From the NCBI GenBank assembly GCA_051313645.2, contig JBNRSN020000029.1, forward strand, positions 19,716,001 to 19,780,000: DNA of 64,000 nt. The letters are read 5' to 3'. The notes under the pieces are model-generated. The model was not told the origin of the DNA. It did no database searches and saw only the letters and a program-made list of their open reading frames with translations. This stretch comes from Centroscyllium fabricii. Its lineage: Eukaryota. The position numbers and the translations under genes are program-made. This document shows, in pieces, positions 12,219 through 24,847 of the stretch (the first letter of the stretch is position 1; the number at the start of each line of letters is the position of its first letter).

Positions 12219-12831
12219 AGGCCACAGCACGTGAGTACGGACAGTGAACTCACACGTAAGGACCTCCGAATTGCTGGTGGATGCACGGGATACTGGCACT
12301 TCCGATCCTGGGACTGTGTGACTCAAAGTTGAAAGAGTCGATTTCATCAGGTAAAACTTTATTTTATTCAATTTAAGCATTTTTTTCCACATGTTTTTCA
12401 TTTTTTTAAAGTTTAAAGACAGATAAATTGTTTTTAAGGCCCGTTAAAAAATTAAAAAAATTTTTGAACATTTTTTTTGTAATGGCTAATTTATGTTATT
12501 GACAGTAACTTAAAAAAATATGATCATAAAAATATATTTAATGTTTAGTGTGTTTTTGGGGCCCTAATATTTCATAAGTTTTTCAGCTTTGTCTAACAAA
12601 CTTATGAATAGAGCATTCTTTGCTCTGCTTGACTCCCCGCAGACCACTTGATTCTGCGGGATCCATCACACTATCTCCAAAGTGAAGATGTCCCAGCGCG
12701 GCATGGCGGGTTTTCAGCAGGCCAGAGGATCGAGAGTTCAATTGCCAGAAATCCAGATCTGCAGGCGCACCCCATGATTGCACTTTGGAGGCTTACACTC
12801 GTGACAAGCCTCCGATGCTAATTTCTGGCTC
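12219..12831. mobile_element. Harbinger-type MITE (related to 19959-20707 and 43619-44205)
   Basis: GGCC.. / AATTTCTGGCTC ends, shared subterminal GAGGCTTACACTCG block, AT-rich centre. It interrupts the transposase frame. Confidence 0.6.
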
Positions 12832-12859
12832 ATTTGCTCTGACCCCGGTAGCTGCCTGA

Positions 12860-13908
12860 AATTGATTGAATTGATTGAATAAACATTATTGACATCAGAT
12901 GTCTAAGGGATTGAACCTGGTGATAATGCTCTCCACTTACAGAATACATAAAATCCGTAAAATGAAAAAAGAAAATATACCAAATACACAATTTTATAAA
13001 AATTACCAGATATAATGTCAGGAATAGAGTCTGGGGGGGGCGGAGGGGGGGGTTGCAATTATACAGGTTTACAAGACTTACAGTGTAATTCGCATATCTA
13101 CAATAGTACTGAATAGATGTAATAGTTAAAGAAGGTATCAGATGTAAAATCTTGTTAGAAGTGGGCAATCCAGAATTTCCTGAGGTGAGGGGTCCGGTAA
13201 GGTAGGAATGGAGTGGGAAGGCCGCTACGGTTCAGATGGATCGTTTGCAAGGACCAAGGCACGGGGGAAGAAACTGTTCAGATGACGGGTGTTATTGGTT
13301 CTGATAGCTCTCAACTGTCTACCAGAGGGGAGCTTTTGAATGTGGTGATGACCGAGGTGAGAGGGGTCAGCGATACTCCTCCCTGTATGCTTCCTTACCC
13401 TGGAGTCGTGCAGGTCCTCAATGGAGGGCAATTGGCTGCTGATAACCCTTTCTGCAGATCAGACAATGCGCCGCAGTTTGTTCTTAGAATGAGCCGACAG
13501 AATCGCAAACCAAACAGCAGGAGGTAAGGATGGACTTTTAAAACAGTGTAGAATGTGACCAGTATTGGATTATAGAGTTTCCTTAACTGGGGCAGGAAGT
13601 ACATTAACTGATGTGCCTTTTTTGTGATCATGGTGATGTTATCATCCCACTTGACGTTATGCAATATAGTGGTCCCCAGGAATTTAAACTTCAGCCATAC
13701 TAACGGTTGAACCAATTATTTTCCGGGGGAGTGATGGAAGGGGTGTTTCCTAAAGTCTATTACCATTTCAATAGTTTTAAATGAATTCAGTTACAAGCAG
13801 TTTTTACTAAACCAGGACACCGATCGGTCCACCTCCCACTGGAACATGGATTCATCTCCGTTGGGGATGAGTCCTACTAGTGTGGTGTCATCTGCGAACT
13901 TGATTATT
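12860..13908 (-). mobile_element. 5'-truncated, decayed Rex/Babar-type LINE
   Basis: KFADDTTLVGL (~13870-13905), FKFLGTTI..KKAHQ, PSIEDLHDSRVRK..DPSH..RTNNTRHLNSFFP (ORF 13225-13431); short (TTCAA/TCAA)n tail at ~12860-12880. Confidence 0.8.
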
Positions 13909-15357
13909 TAAATATTTCGGTGGCATTGAAGTTGCGAGCCACAATTAGCCACCGACAGAGACATCCTGAGGCTCAGTGGAGGCTGAAGCTCTGGCTGAAG
14001 CAGGTGGCAGAGCTCAGTGACGACCTCCTTCCTGAAGCGCAGACTGCACAAACACTGCTTCTCAGACATAGTAATATGCGACAATTGCTGGTGGAAAAAC
14101 GTGGGTGGGTAAGGTCTCCTCTGCAGGCGCCTTTTGGCCCTCCTCCGCCTGGCCATGATTGCTACTCTCTCTCGGTGTTGCTGTGTACTGCGAATGTGAT
14201 AGAGTAGTACGACGCCACCATCCATTGCAGCTCCCATAGTCTCGAGGCAAGCAAAGTAGTTTATGCCAAATACCAACAATACCTGAACATTTCTAGGCAG
14301 AGGCCCAAACTAACTCAGACAGCATTGAGGCAAGGAAGAAGTTTACTTTTCTCTCTCTTTATCTCTCTGCAACTGTCTCTCCGAACGAGTGTTGCTGAAA
14401 TGGCTACCACACCAAATCCAGGAAGAGGGCCAGTTTATACAGCGCCCTCCCAGCCGCATAGCGATTGGGATGTGTTGCAGTCTAACTTCCGTTGGTAGGG
14501 CAGGTCAAAAATGAGGGGGCGCCACTCAATTTCCGGTTCGGGGCACAGCAAGGGCGTTGCACTCTCGAATGATGTCAAGATCTGTGTGCGCAGGAGATAG
14601 CGTGTTAATGTTTAATGCTCCCAGCGAGCACCGAGTCAATTTGTCGAGCAGCGCGAAACTCACCGTGCCCAGGTGCTAGTTGCTTTGTGTCCCCATTCGC
14701 GCCCTCCTAGGGTGCAACCAAACGAATGTTCCCCCCATGGTTCCTGACAACTGCCCAGCTGCAGCTCCAGTGTCTGTTTACAGCAAGTGTTATACCTTAA
14801 AACTGGCAAACCGTTCACAGTATACGTATCGCAGCCTTATAAAACGAATAGTCAGTAACTGTTTTCCTCTTCTACATATAAGTGGTCAGTCAGTCAGTTA
14901 GTGGGCCGCAAGGTCGATTGCATCCCAAAACCTGAGGATATTCCTGTCATTGCAACGGCTTAAAAGATCCACAGCTTCTTCTCCACAGAACTGTCGACCT
15001 CTTTTTCTGTTATCTCTTAAAATGCAACAGGGAGTCCTTACATGTTACTACCGTAGCAGTCTGTACAACATTGGAGCAAAAATTATCTGTTTCTGTCCAA
15101 GGTCTTGATTAGCTGTGAAAAAATTCCGCACAACGTTCCCACACAACCAACCTCTGAGCCTCTCCAAGCATGCTGGTATAATTAATTTGGTCAAATTTAA
15201 GTTTTATTAAGTTAGAGCTAATTTTACAGCAAATGGATTATTCTTATTGTATCCCCTTAAGTGCCTGTGCACTCGAAACAGCCGTCACAAGCACTTGGAA
15301 ATTGCAGGCATTGTCTACTTCCTTCGGGCACTTCTGCAACAGTTGGAGCCACTCTTG

Positions 15358-16155
15358 CTATTTGCCACTCCTGTTGACTCAATAAGTTATCATTAGTAAA
15401 ACTAACACGATCACGTACAGAAGAATGGACAACACGGTTGAGCTAATTCTTATCGTGTGATGAATCTCTGTACTCATATCGAAATCCCACCAACAAGAAT
15501 GGTCTCCAGCCTTAGGTACTGCTTTTTGCAGTTCACGGTTCTTCTGGGCAAGGTGCAAAAGTGCTTCAAGGATTGACTAACGCGTTTCATTAACTCTAAC
15601 AAGTGTTCTGGCAGTGGTAGATTTCATAGCCGAATTAATACACGTGCTGATGCAATTGATATTTTAGCTTATCTTCTACAGCAATAACTACTTGTCTGTG
15701 AAAATAACTGCTTAAGAATACCTGCATCCCAATCTCACAAATTGGCTTGGGGTAAAAAAAAATGTTCCCGTCGCATTTGGGCAAGTCAGGTTTTTCCTGG
15801 TGCATTGCAGTGACACAATATTCACCCTTCCCTCGATAGGCAGATCGTAAGGAAAAATGCTGCCCCGCAATCCATTTCAATGTGCAGCCAATGCTATCCC
15901 ATCACAGAAAAAACCGCAGCCAGCGGCTGCGTGTTCTACCACGTCATAAGGGCAGATGAATATGACCCGAGCTTAAACGCACCTGGTAAGATCTGCGGCC
16001 ATCAATGTGCTCCCATCCACTCGGGCCACATATTTCTGGGGTTCGCCATATCGTATTAAGTGGTCTCGCGGACGTACACCTATATTCTCCACATGGGACA
16101 AAGGATTTGGGATGCACCTTTTGGGGAAAATGGGACAATATAATACCTTCCCCAT
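15358..16155 (-). pseudogene. Decayed class I viral fusion glycoprotein (env) C-terminal half; F-protein-like, lokiretrovirus candidate
   Basis: Stitched frames read LSHVENIGV..YGEPQKYVARVDGSTLMAADLTRCV*ARVIFICPYDVVEHAAAGCGF / DSIGCTLKW..GKGEYCVT..C..FYPKPICEIG / LLELMKRVSQSLKHF / QKNRELQKAV..CWWDFDM..STVLSILLYVIVLVLLMITY. This gives a Cys-rich region, a heptad segment, Trp-Trp and a TM helix. Confidence 0.6.
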
Positions 16156-17430
16156 AATTTAACTAATCTATTGTAATTCTTTGAGTAAGTACCTCGGAAA
16201 ATAGATGGGGGAGAGCCATAGATGTTTTGTACCTTGACTTCCAGAAAGCCTTCGATAAGGTTCAACATAAAAGTTAGCATGTAAAATTAAGGCTCATGGG
16301 ATTGGGGGCAACGTTTTGATGTGGATAGAGAACTGGTTGGCAGATAGAAAACAGAGAGGTGGAATTAACGGCTCGTTTTCTGAGTGGCAGCCGGTGACTA
16401 GTGGGGTACCGCAGGGGTCAGTCCTGGGACCCCAGCTCTTTACAATATATATTAATGATCTGGATCAGGGAATTCAATGTAATATCTCCAAATTCGCGGA
16501 TGACACAAAACTAGAAGGGGGGGCGGGCTCTGAAGAGGGTGTCAGGAAGTTACAGGGCGATTTGGATAAGTTGGGGGACTGGGCAGATAGATGGCAGATG
16601 CAATATAATGTGGATAAATGTGAGGTTATCCACTTTGGGGGCAAAAACAGGAGGGTTGATTATTACTTAAATGGCAATAGATTGGGAGATGGGGAGGTGC
16701 AAAGAGACCTGGGTGTTCTTGTGCACCAGTCGCTGAGGGCTAGCACGCAGGTGCAGCAGGCGGTTAGGAAGGCAAATGGTGTGTTGGCCTTCATATCAAG
16801 AGGGTTTGAGTATAGGAATAAGGATACCTTACTACAGCTGTACAAGGCACTGGTGAGACCACACCTCGAGTATTGTGTACAGTTCTGGTCGCCTCGCCTG
16901 AGGAAGGATGTTCTTGCCATGGAGGGAGTGCAGCGGCGTTTCACCAGGCTGATTCCTGGAATGGCAGGAATGACCTACGAGGAAAGATTATGTAGTCTGG
17001 GCTTGTACTCGTTGGAGTTTAGAAGATTAAGAGGCGATCTCATTGAGATGCATAAAATTCTGAAAGGTCTGGACAGGATAGATTCAGAGAGAATGTTTCC
17101 AATGGTGGGGGAGTCCAGAACCAGGGGCCACGGTCTAACAATAAGGGGTAAACCATTTAGGGCAGGCATGAGGAAGAATTTCTTCACTCAGAGAGTGGTG
17201 GGCCTGTGGAATTCCTTGCCACAGAGGGCGGTGGCGGCCAGTTCATTAAACATATTCAAGAGGTAATTGGATATATTTCTTCAAGCTAAAGGGATTAAAG
17301 GTTACGGAGAAAAGGCAGGGACGGGGTACTAGCTTGCTAAAAATCAGCCATGATCTCATTGAATGGCGGAGCTGGCTCGGAGGGCTGAATGAACTACTCC
17401 TGCTCCTATCTTCTGTGATTCTATGATTCC
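16156..17430 (+). mobile_element. 5'-truncated CR1 LINE with a 316-aa open ORF2 segment
   Basis: ORF 16316-17266 with GVPQGSVLGP, KFADDTK, VRPHLEYCVQFW and RTRGH; 3' hairpin and TTCTATGA-type tail. Confidence 0.95.
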
Positions 17431-17749
17431 CCAACAAGGTGGTGTTGCTTTGTTCCAGCAAATAGCATTCCTATTTCACCGGGTACACCTGTAACAACTT
17501 TATACATATTCACGATAAATTGGTAAGTGGACATTGCCCTCAGTATTCAATCAGTCACCCAAGATGGTAGATTCCCCTCAGCAATGCTGTGCAGGTTTTC
17601 AAATTGTTTTTTCTCACTTTCTAAGATCTTTAAATTACACACAAATCATTTCACCTGCCTCACCAGCCCATTGCTTGGTACCGGGGTGTGTTTAGGGCAA
17701 GTGACTTTGTTCGAATTTTGTCCTTCCCGTGATTATGTTTTATTTATAG

Positions 17750-19290
17750 GGAGGGGAATTTTCGGTGCCGCTATTAATTATACTGCGTGTATAACCAAAT
17801 TTCCTGTACCACACCCCGTCACTTGATAAGAGCAACAAGCATTGACGTGTATACACCGATCAGTCTGCTTCTGCAGCCTGTCGAAATGAAGTCGTCATCT
17901 AAGTCCTCTGCCGCAGAACTAATATGTGACCTCGCCCTCCACAGAGATGGTGTCTGTATTATTCGTCCCCCTAACCAGAGTCCTGGGCACTTGTGTCTGT
18001 TGTCTCACCATGTGCAGACTCCTCCTCTATTCCCGCCACTAAAATATGTCCAGTGACAGTATCTGAGTTGATGGCTGCGACTTTAAGATGGATTGACGGT
18101 TCCTGTTCATCTTAACTTTTTTCTTCGTCTTCCTCCATTGACTTGGCAGCTTCTCGTTCGTGGGTATCGTCAATGAAAAAGTGAAAAGGGCTGGGTTGTT
18201 GCAGTGAGAGGGAGGAAAGTTAAACCCTCTGCAGCTTCGCAGTCAGAAGAGATTTTGAAATGAGGGCGATGCAGGATATGATAAGATGAATGAGTTATGC
18301 TGATACCATCATCATTAATTGCTTCAGCCCAGCCAGTGGCCACGTCTTCATCAACGCCCCTTCCCATGATGCCCTGCACTGTCTCCTCCATGGGATTAAA
18401 ACATGCAGGCGTTTTTCCTGCTCCTGCTCTTTTCTGCTGCCTGCTGTTATGCGCCATCTCCTCATGTAAGATCGGGAAAGTTAGTCAATTAGTGTCTTGA
18501 ATATGTTTGGTTGAGGTGGCTGTCGTAGTTGAATAGCTGACGTGGCGTGTGAGCTGTGAGTTGCGGGTGCGAGGCTTGCAACAGTGTCAATGGTGATGTA
18601 AAGCTTATGAATTGAAGAGTTGAGTACTTATTTATCCAGATTGTTGGTAGGTGCGTGATGGGGAATAGTGAATTGTGTAGTGGAGGAGGGTACATTCGCA
18701 GATCGTAGGATGTGCCATTCGAAAAAAAACTGACCTTGAAAACTCGTGTGATCTCGTTAAACTGCTTCGAGCACTGCATCAGTGATCTTTGCGGTACACT
18801 CCTGGTATTGGCCTCCGGCGCTACTTCATCCAACTGTTTGCTCAGGATCTGTCTGGAGAACCTCCTGCCCCCCTACAGATGCTGAATATCTCTCCTTATT
18901 TCCACCTATTTAACCAAGACAGTGCAGTGTCAGCATATCTTGGTGCAGACTCTTTAGCATGTTCATCTAATGCTCATGCTATGACCGCAAATAATCAGTT
19001 TTCAAATGACTCCCACCACTTTTTGCTGCCACAAAGCATATTCCGTTTAAGAAGTGCAGTCTGCCGATTAGTAGCGCTCGCCAGTGTCAATAATGCACCC
19101 CCTCCTCATGCGTGAATCCAATGAGCAGCTCGGATGCACTGGCTGCACGATGAAATTATATAAAGCAGTAGGCAGCATGAATTTACCATGCTGCTTGCAA
19201 GGCAATGAAAAGCTGCGGGTTAGTGTTGTACCGCAATCGCTCCGCCTATTTTTGGAGGTTAGTCAATTGCTCCCACAGCAGGTGTTTGAG
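17750..19290 (-). mobile_element. Decayed Harbinger-derived segment carrying a Myb/SANT-like (trihelix) gene remnant
   Basis: DEVAPEANTRSVPQRSLMQCSKQFNEITRVFK (ORF 18489-18833) ends at a GTCAG donor. A further exon-like piece AHNSRQQKRAGAG..NPMEETV (ORF 18170-18457). Boundaries uncertain. Confidence 0.55.
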
Positions 19291-19958
19291 GTGAAATAAT
19301 TTCAGAGCTAACATGCGTTTTGCCATCTCTGGTAATGCAGTACTTGTGCTTATGTTTAGATTGGGTTCAGGGCACAGGGTCTGATGGAACACTGGTATTG
19401 TTCTTCTATTGGGTGTGGAATTGGACATAGGCAGGGAGACAAAACAGGCGGAAGCACATTTGTGGAGTTTGATATTAAGACAACGGAATTGAATATTAGC
19501 CGTTGAGTACAACAGGCAACCAAAGCAATACCATTGGTTTTGCTACCCCGCCCCTGTCTATTTCTACCAATCAAAAGGTACCATCATGCCGTTCAGCTCA
19601 GGTAAATAATATTATTGCCGCGTTGTGGACGGGCAACATGACAGTTAGATTTTCATCTTGCCTCTGCAAGAAAAAACTATTTTATTGTTTGGCCGCCCAA
19701 TGTGGAAACACCAGACTTTTATTTCCAATGAACTCAATGGTGATGGAAATCAAACGGTTTCTACACTGCAGGTAGTTTCTTCATCTCCAGCTTCATGGCG
19801 TAATTTGAAATCGAATTCAATGTAATATAACATGAGTCACCAAACTGTCCTACCCAATTATTATTGCAACTATTTATTAATGGAATGCTTTTAATGTCCT
19901 CGTACATGAATTGTTTAAAATTACCCAGAGGTATTTAAGCATGGGTAAAATAAATATT

Positions 19959-20707
19959 GGATCATACATTCGGTTTGGAGGCTTCTCGCGAGTGCAAGCC
20001 TCCAACCCACACGCCTGCCGTTCTCGAATCCACCATCATCAAATTCCGATCCGTGGACCTGCTCAGAGGCGGGACGCTGTGCTGCTGCATTTCAGCGTCA
20101 GAGTTAGTGCGAAGCATCCCTCGGGATCACGTGGTCCGCGGGGAGCCAATCGGAGCATAGAATGCTCCATTTACAGGTTGGACAGGAAGACCTGTCAAAC
20201 CGATGAATTACTACAGCCCAAAAACAGCACTAAAGCTTAAAATAAAATTTTAAAAATCAGCACAATTGTTAAAATAACTATCAGTGACACAAATTAGATA
20301 TGTTAAACAAAAAATTAAAAATGTTAAAAAAAATATTAAAAGTATTTAACGGGCCTAAAATCAACCTTCCTTTCTTTAACGTATGGAAAAATGAAAAACC
20401 TGTGGAAAAAATGTTTACATTGAATAAAATAAAGACTTAACTGATGAAAACCACTCTGCGCATGGATATATAATCCATAACCATTTCAATTACTTACACT
20501 GATACAAACCTGTGAAAAAATCGGAAGTGCCTCGCACACCCCCTGCCACGCACATGAAAGCGCTCTAGCTCCTGACCCCTTCTTTCAGGGGATCGGAATT
20601 GCCGGTTTTGCACGCATGCGCGGTGCATGGCGGAAGCGGGCAATTCCGATGTACCCACACATGATTAGCCCATCCGTACTCATGCGTGGGCTCCAAATTT
20701 CTAGGCC
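19959..20707. mobile_element. Harbinger-type MITE
   Basis: ATT flanks both ends (19956-19958, 20708-20710); right end AAATTTCTAGGCC; arms similar to the reverse complement of 12219-12831. Confidence 0.65.
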
Positions 20708-21294
20708 ATTGATTCCATTGGACAATATTGATCTGCACTGTGATACACTTCTTTACAATGATGGAAGTTTGGGAAATGATAGATAAAAGCAGCGTATTTC
20801 CAGTAGCTGAGTGACCAATAATGAGGAGTCATCGATGGAATATTAAATGTAACAGATTTAGAGAAAAGTGCAACAGGAAGTTCTGTACATTATATGTTGT
20901 ATGGCTGTGGAATTCACTTGCAGTGTTACTGCTTGAGGCATAAACAGTTACAACATTCAGATCTAAATTGGACAGGTGGGTGATGAAATATCACACAAGA
21001 CTCATATGGTAGGTCTTAGTCCAGCAACAGACACAACATGACGGTTATAGAAAACCTGACGGAGTTTGAAGCTTCCTTGTAAAAGAGCAGACCGAGAGAA
21101 GCCTAATTTGATTGTCCAGCACCATGAAGGCAATAGGCAAGTTAATTCATCCTAATTATTCTATGTGGCAAACATTTCAAATCTCACTTTACATGTTGAA
21201 AGTTCGCAATTTGGGAGCAAAATATTAGGTCAGGCATGAATTGTCACTGAAAGGATCAAGCAACTGCGGCATAATTTGAAAGACTAGCCAGATA

Positions 21295-24200
21295 AAGGTA
21301 ATCTTCCCCCCCAAGGCCACCAACCTCATAGATGCCCCACCCCGCACAGCCTGCTCGTACCTCCTTCCCAAGATCCACAAGCAGGGCAAACCTGGCAGAT
21401 CCATCGTTTCAGACTTTTCATGCCCGACGTAACTTATCTCTTCCTATCTCGACTCTATCTTTTCTCCCCTTATCCAGTCTCTTCCTACCTACATCCCAAC
21501 TCTTCGGACGCCCTGCGCCACTTTAACAGCTTTCAGTTTTCCGGCTCCAACTGCCTCCTTTTCACAATGGACGGAGAATCCCTCTACACCTCCATCCGCC
21601 ACCAGAATGGCGTGCGAGTGCTCCGCTTCTTCCTTGATTAGAGTCCCAACTAGTCCCCATCCACCACCACCCTCCTTTGCCCTGCTGAACTTCTGTTCAC
21701 TTTGAACAACTTCCACTTTCAATCTCCTCATTTCCTACAAATCAAAGGGGCCAGAATTTCCCCTGCTCCGTTTCGTGCGGGTGCACGCTCATGCGCACCC
21801 GTGACGCAGCGCACGTAATTTTTGCATATTTTGCGCCTAAAATTTCCTGTCACATTTTGCTGGTTCATGGGCTGCGTAGCGATGCAGCCTGTTTTGCTGC
21901 GTTCATTCTGTGGGAGCCTGCCTCGTGGGCAATCACCAAGCCCCGCCCACTGAGGTCTAATTTCAATGAACACGCCTGCACAGAACACACAGAATCGTCC
22001 TGAAAGAACGACAGGCTCAGCAGTTCAAAAGTAGATCTCTAGGTAAGATTACTTCATTTTCACCGTTTTCTGTGCTAATTTTTGTAACTTTTAAATATTT
22101 TTTAACCTCCTTATCATTTTCTCATGTACGTGATGAAATTGTAACGATTTTTAGTTGTTGTTCAGTTGTTTAAAACGGATGTGCTTAGCTGTCTGCATGA
22201 TAACCCTATGAAAGTCGAACTGCTTTTGATATTCTCCCTCAAAGTTCCACAAGCATCCAAGTGCTTCAGAACTTATAAGTTCTTTTTATGAGGTTAAAAA
22301 CAGATCTGCTTGCTTGATTATCAGCATGTTAACTGCTTGTTAACTGCTTGTAAATCACTGTACTTTTGATGTTCTCCCTCAAAGTTCTAACTTTTAACTT
22401 ATCTGAGATGGAAATCTCAGCAGTGAGAAGACAGCAGCTAGTTAATTTTTACAACAAGGAAGAAATGTGTCTCTTATGCTAATTAAACAAAGCAAGCAAT
22501 GGCTTCTGAAAAATCCACCACAAACAGTGGCTTCTCAGCAGTCCACAAACAACAACAGCAGCTACTCAGCAGTCCACAACCAGCTATGGAAAAGCACTTT
22601 TAACTTATCTGAGATGGAAATCTCAGCAGTGAGAAGACAGCAGCTAGTTAATTTTTACATTAGGAATCAAAAAACGGTGTTTAAAAAAAACGGCAGCGAA
22701 ACAGTTCAAAACCCATTTTTTTTTATTTTGAAACAAACCGATCAGAATCACTCCAATTTTACAGTTTAAGCACCACACACACATCAACAAATGAATCAAC
22801 AAAACAAATCAATTGAAATTGTAGTAAGTTACCTTTTAACGCTATGAGAGTGATTTTCCCGTTTTCCACGCACCAGAGGCACCCAGCTACGACTGCTTCT
22901 CAGAGGTGCATCTCCAGGGCCACTTGCCCATCTGATGACGCACGCATTTTCACCCGTTCTGACAGGAAATCGCGGGTGCAAGTTAATCATGTGTGAGATG
23001 CTGACGGGCCTTGCCCACCAGCAGAGGAAATTCCCGTTCTTGGGCATCCCCCGTGCTGTACACCCACGGGACATTTCGGACCCACCTCCGTGCGTGTGCA
23101 GCTCCTCTGGAGCAGAGGAAAACCTGGCCCACGGTGTTGCTAAGTGTACCCGAAGGGGTCCTATCTATGCCTGTCTTTTCGTGGGATATGTTGAATACTC
23201 TTTTTTGCAGTCCAATCGGGTCCCCTCCCTCACCTCATTTTTTGATACATTGATGACGGTATCAGCACCGCTTCCTCGCACTCGTCCTGAACAAAATGAG
23301 TTAATTCGCTTTGCCTCCAATTTCCACCCTTCTCTCATCTTCACTGGTCTATCTCCGTCTCTTCCCTTCCCTTCATCGACATCTCCATCTCCATCTTTCT
23401 GGATAGGTTATTGACAAACATTCACCTCAAGCCTACCGACTCTCAGAGCAATATGGACGACACCTCCTCCCACCCCGTCCCCTGTAAGGACTCTAGTCCG
23501 TTCTCCCATTTTCTCTGCCTCCGCTGCATCTGCTCTGTCGATGACACCTTCCACACCAGTGCTTCCAATATGTCTTCCTTTTTCATCAACTAAGGATTCC
23601 CTTCTACCATGGTTGGCACGGCCCTCGACCGGGTGGTCCATTCTATCTCGCGCAATTCTGCGCTCACCCCTGCCCCACACTCCTGCAAACACGATAGGGC
23701 TCCCCTTCTCCTCAGCTTTCACCGTACCAGCCTCCAGATCCAATGGATCACCCTCTGCCATTTCCGCCACCTCCTACATGATCCCACCACCAAATGCATC
23801 TTCCCCTCACCTTTCACATTCTGTAGAGACTGCTCCCTTTGACCCACCCAAGTCCACTTCTCCATCACCCCTGAACCCATTCCCCTTCATCCGGCACCTT
23901 TCTTTGCAATCACAGGAAATGCAGCACCTGCCCTTACACCTCGCCCCTTCCCACCGTCCAGCGACCCAAACACCTCTTCCAGGTCAAACAGCGATTTACC
24001 TGTACATCTTGCAATCTAATATACTGTATTCGCTGCTCATAATGTGGACTCCTCTACATTGGGAAGACCAAATGCAGATTGGGTGAACGCTTTGCAGAGC
24101 ACCTCCATTCAGTCCGCAATTGGGATCCCGAACTCCCGGTCGACTGTCACTTTAACTCTCTGTTACACTCCCATTCTGATCTCTCTGTCCTTGGCCTATT

Positions 24201-24655
24201 ACATTGTTCCTCAGAAGGTCATCGTAAATTCGAGGAAAAACACTTAGGATTAGGCACTTTACAGTGCTCCAGACTCAATATTGAGTTCAAAAATATCAGA
24301 TGGTAACTCCGGCCCCCATTATATATTTTACCGCTTTTTGTCCGCTATATTTATCTGGCCTTTCTTTTAACTATCGTGGCAGCCATCTCTTTTTCTGCCT
24401 ATGTTTTTCACACCTAATCAACAATTTTCTCCTGCCCATAGAATCTCGTCTGAGTCTTTTTTCTCTTTGTGCTTCCTTCTTTGTTCCTCCCCCCCCCCTT
24501 GCCTTCCTGCTTGCGTTTCATTTCCCAGATTTAGTTTTGACAAAGAGTCCGAGCCCGAAACGTCGACTCTATTTCTCTCCACCGATGCTGCATGGCTTGC
24601 TGAGATTTTCCACCATTTTATGTTGTTATTTCGGACTTGCAGCATTTGAAGTATT
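21295..24655 (+). mobile_element. Decayed Penelope-like element (RT + GIY-YIG) with a nested MITE
   Basis: RT MDGESLYTSIRH, QIKG|VA..GP.YACLFVGYVE and YIDD; GIY-YIG region FTCTSCNLIYCIRC..CGLLYIGKT..LGERFAEHL..V..HFN; 3' pseudo-LTR at ~24500-24655. Confidence 0.85.
21748..23130. mobile_element. Harbinger-type MITE, same family as 7689-8744 in the opposite orientation
   Basis: TIRs GGGCCAGAATTTCCCCTGCTCC / GGAGCAGAGGAAAACCTGGCCC; flanks AAG/ACG; splits the Penelope QIKG|VA motif; internal ~60-bp direct duplication at ~22391 and ~22597. Confidence 0.85.
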
Positions 24656-24847
24656 GTGCTATCGTAAAGGGAACAATAAGTGGTTTCAACAGATAACGGC
24701 GCCTGTTTCTGATGGAATGAGGTGGATCAGCGAAAAGCTACAGATACATTTCTGTACTTTATTTTCATAGTTTCTGCAAAAAATGTTGTATGTTTGATCC
24801 AATTGTACAACGTGTGTCCTATCCTACAGGCAGACATTAATACGAAC

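Larger units (their letters stand above)
10971..14236 (-). pseudogene. Harbinger DDE transposase pseudogene, split by a SINE, a MITE and a LINE
   Basis: MSEKQCLCSLRFRKEVVTELC (ORF 13908-14279); FQAATG (~12840-12860); AIDC..NRKGFDSLNV..CD..YPGSSH..DKG (ORF 11759-12118); YNESHQATRNIIEHTI; FRCL; IVCCLLHNIA followed by an acidic run (ORF 10987-11187). Confidence 0.88.
9454..14736. mobile_element. Decayed autonomous-type PIF/Harbinger transposon (transposase on minus, partner-gene remnant on plus, convergent); left part cut by the ERV
   Basis: HARBI1-like transposase pieces are present. Coding-like plus-strand remnant at ~9540-10670 followed by AATAAA. Candidate right terminus ACGAATGTTCCCCCC at ~14722-14736. 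Confidence 0.65.

Noticed and set aside
10971-14236. Host HARBI1 gene
   Set aside because: Catalytic motifs are decayed, there are stops and frameshifts, and three TE insertions split it; this is a transposon relic.
16316-17266. 316-aa RT ORF as an active or domesticated gene
   Set aside because: 5'-truncated CR1 without an endonuclease domain, with an upstream frameshift and an early stop; simply a young copy.
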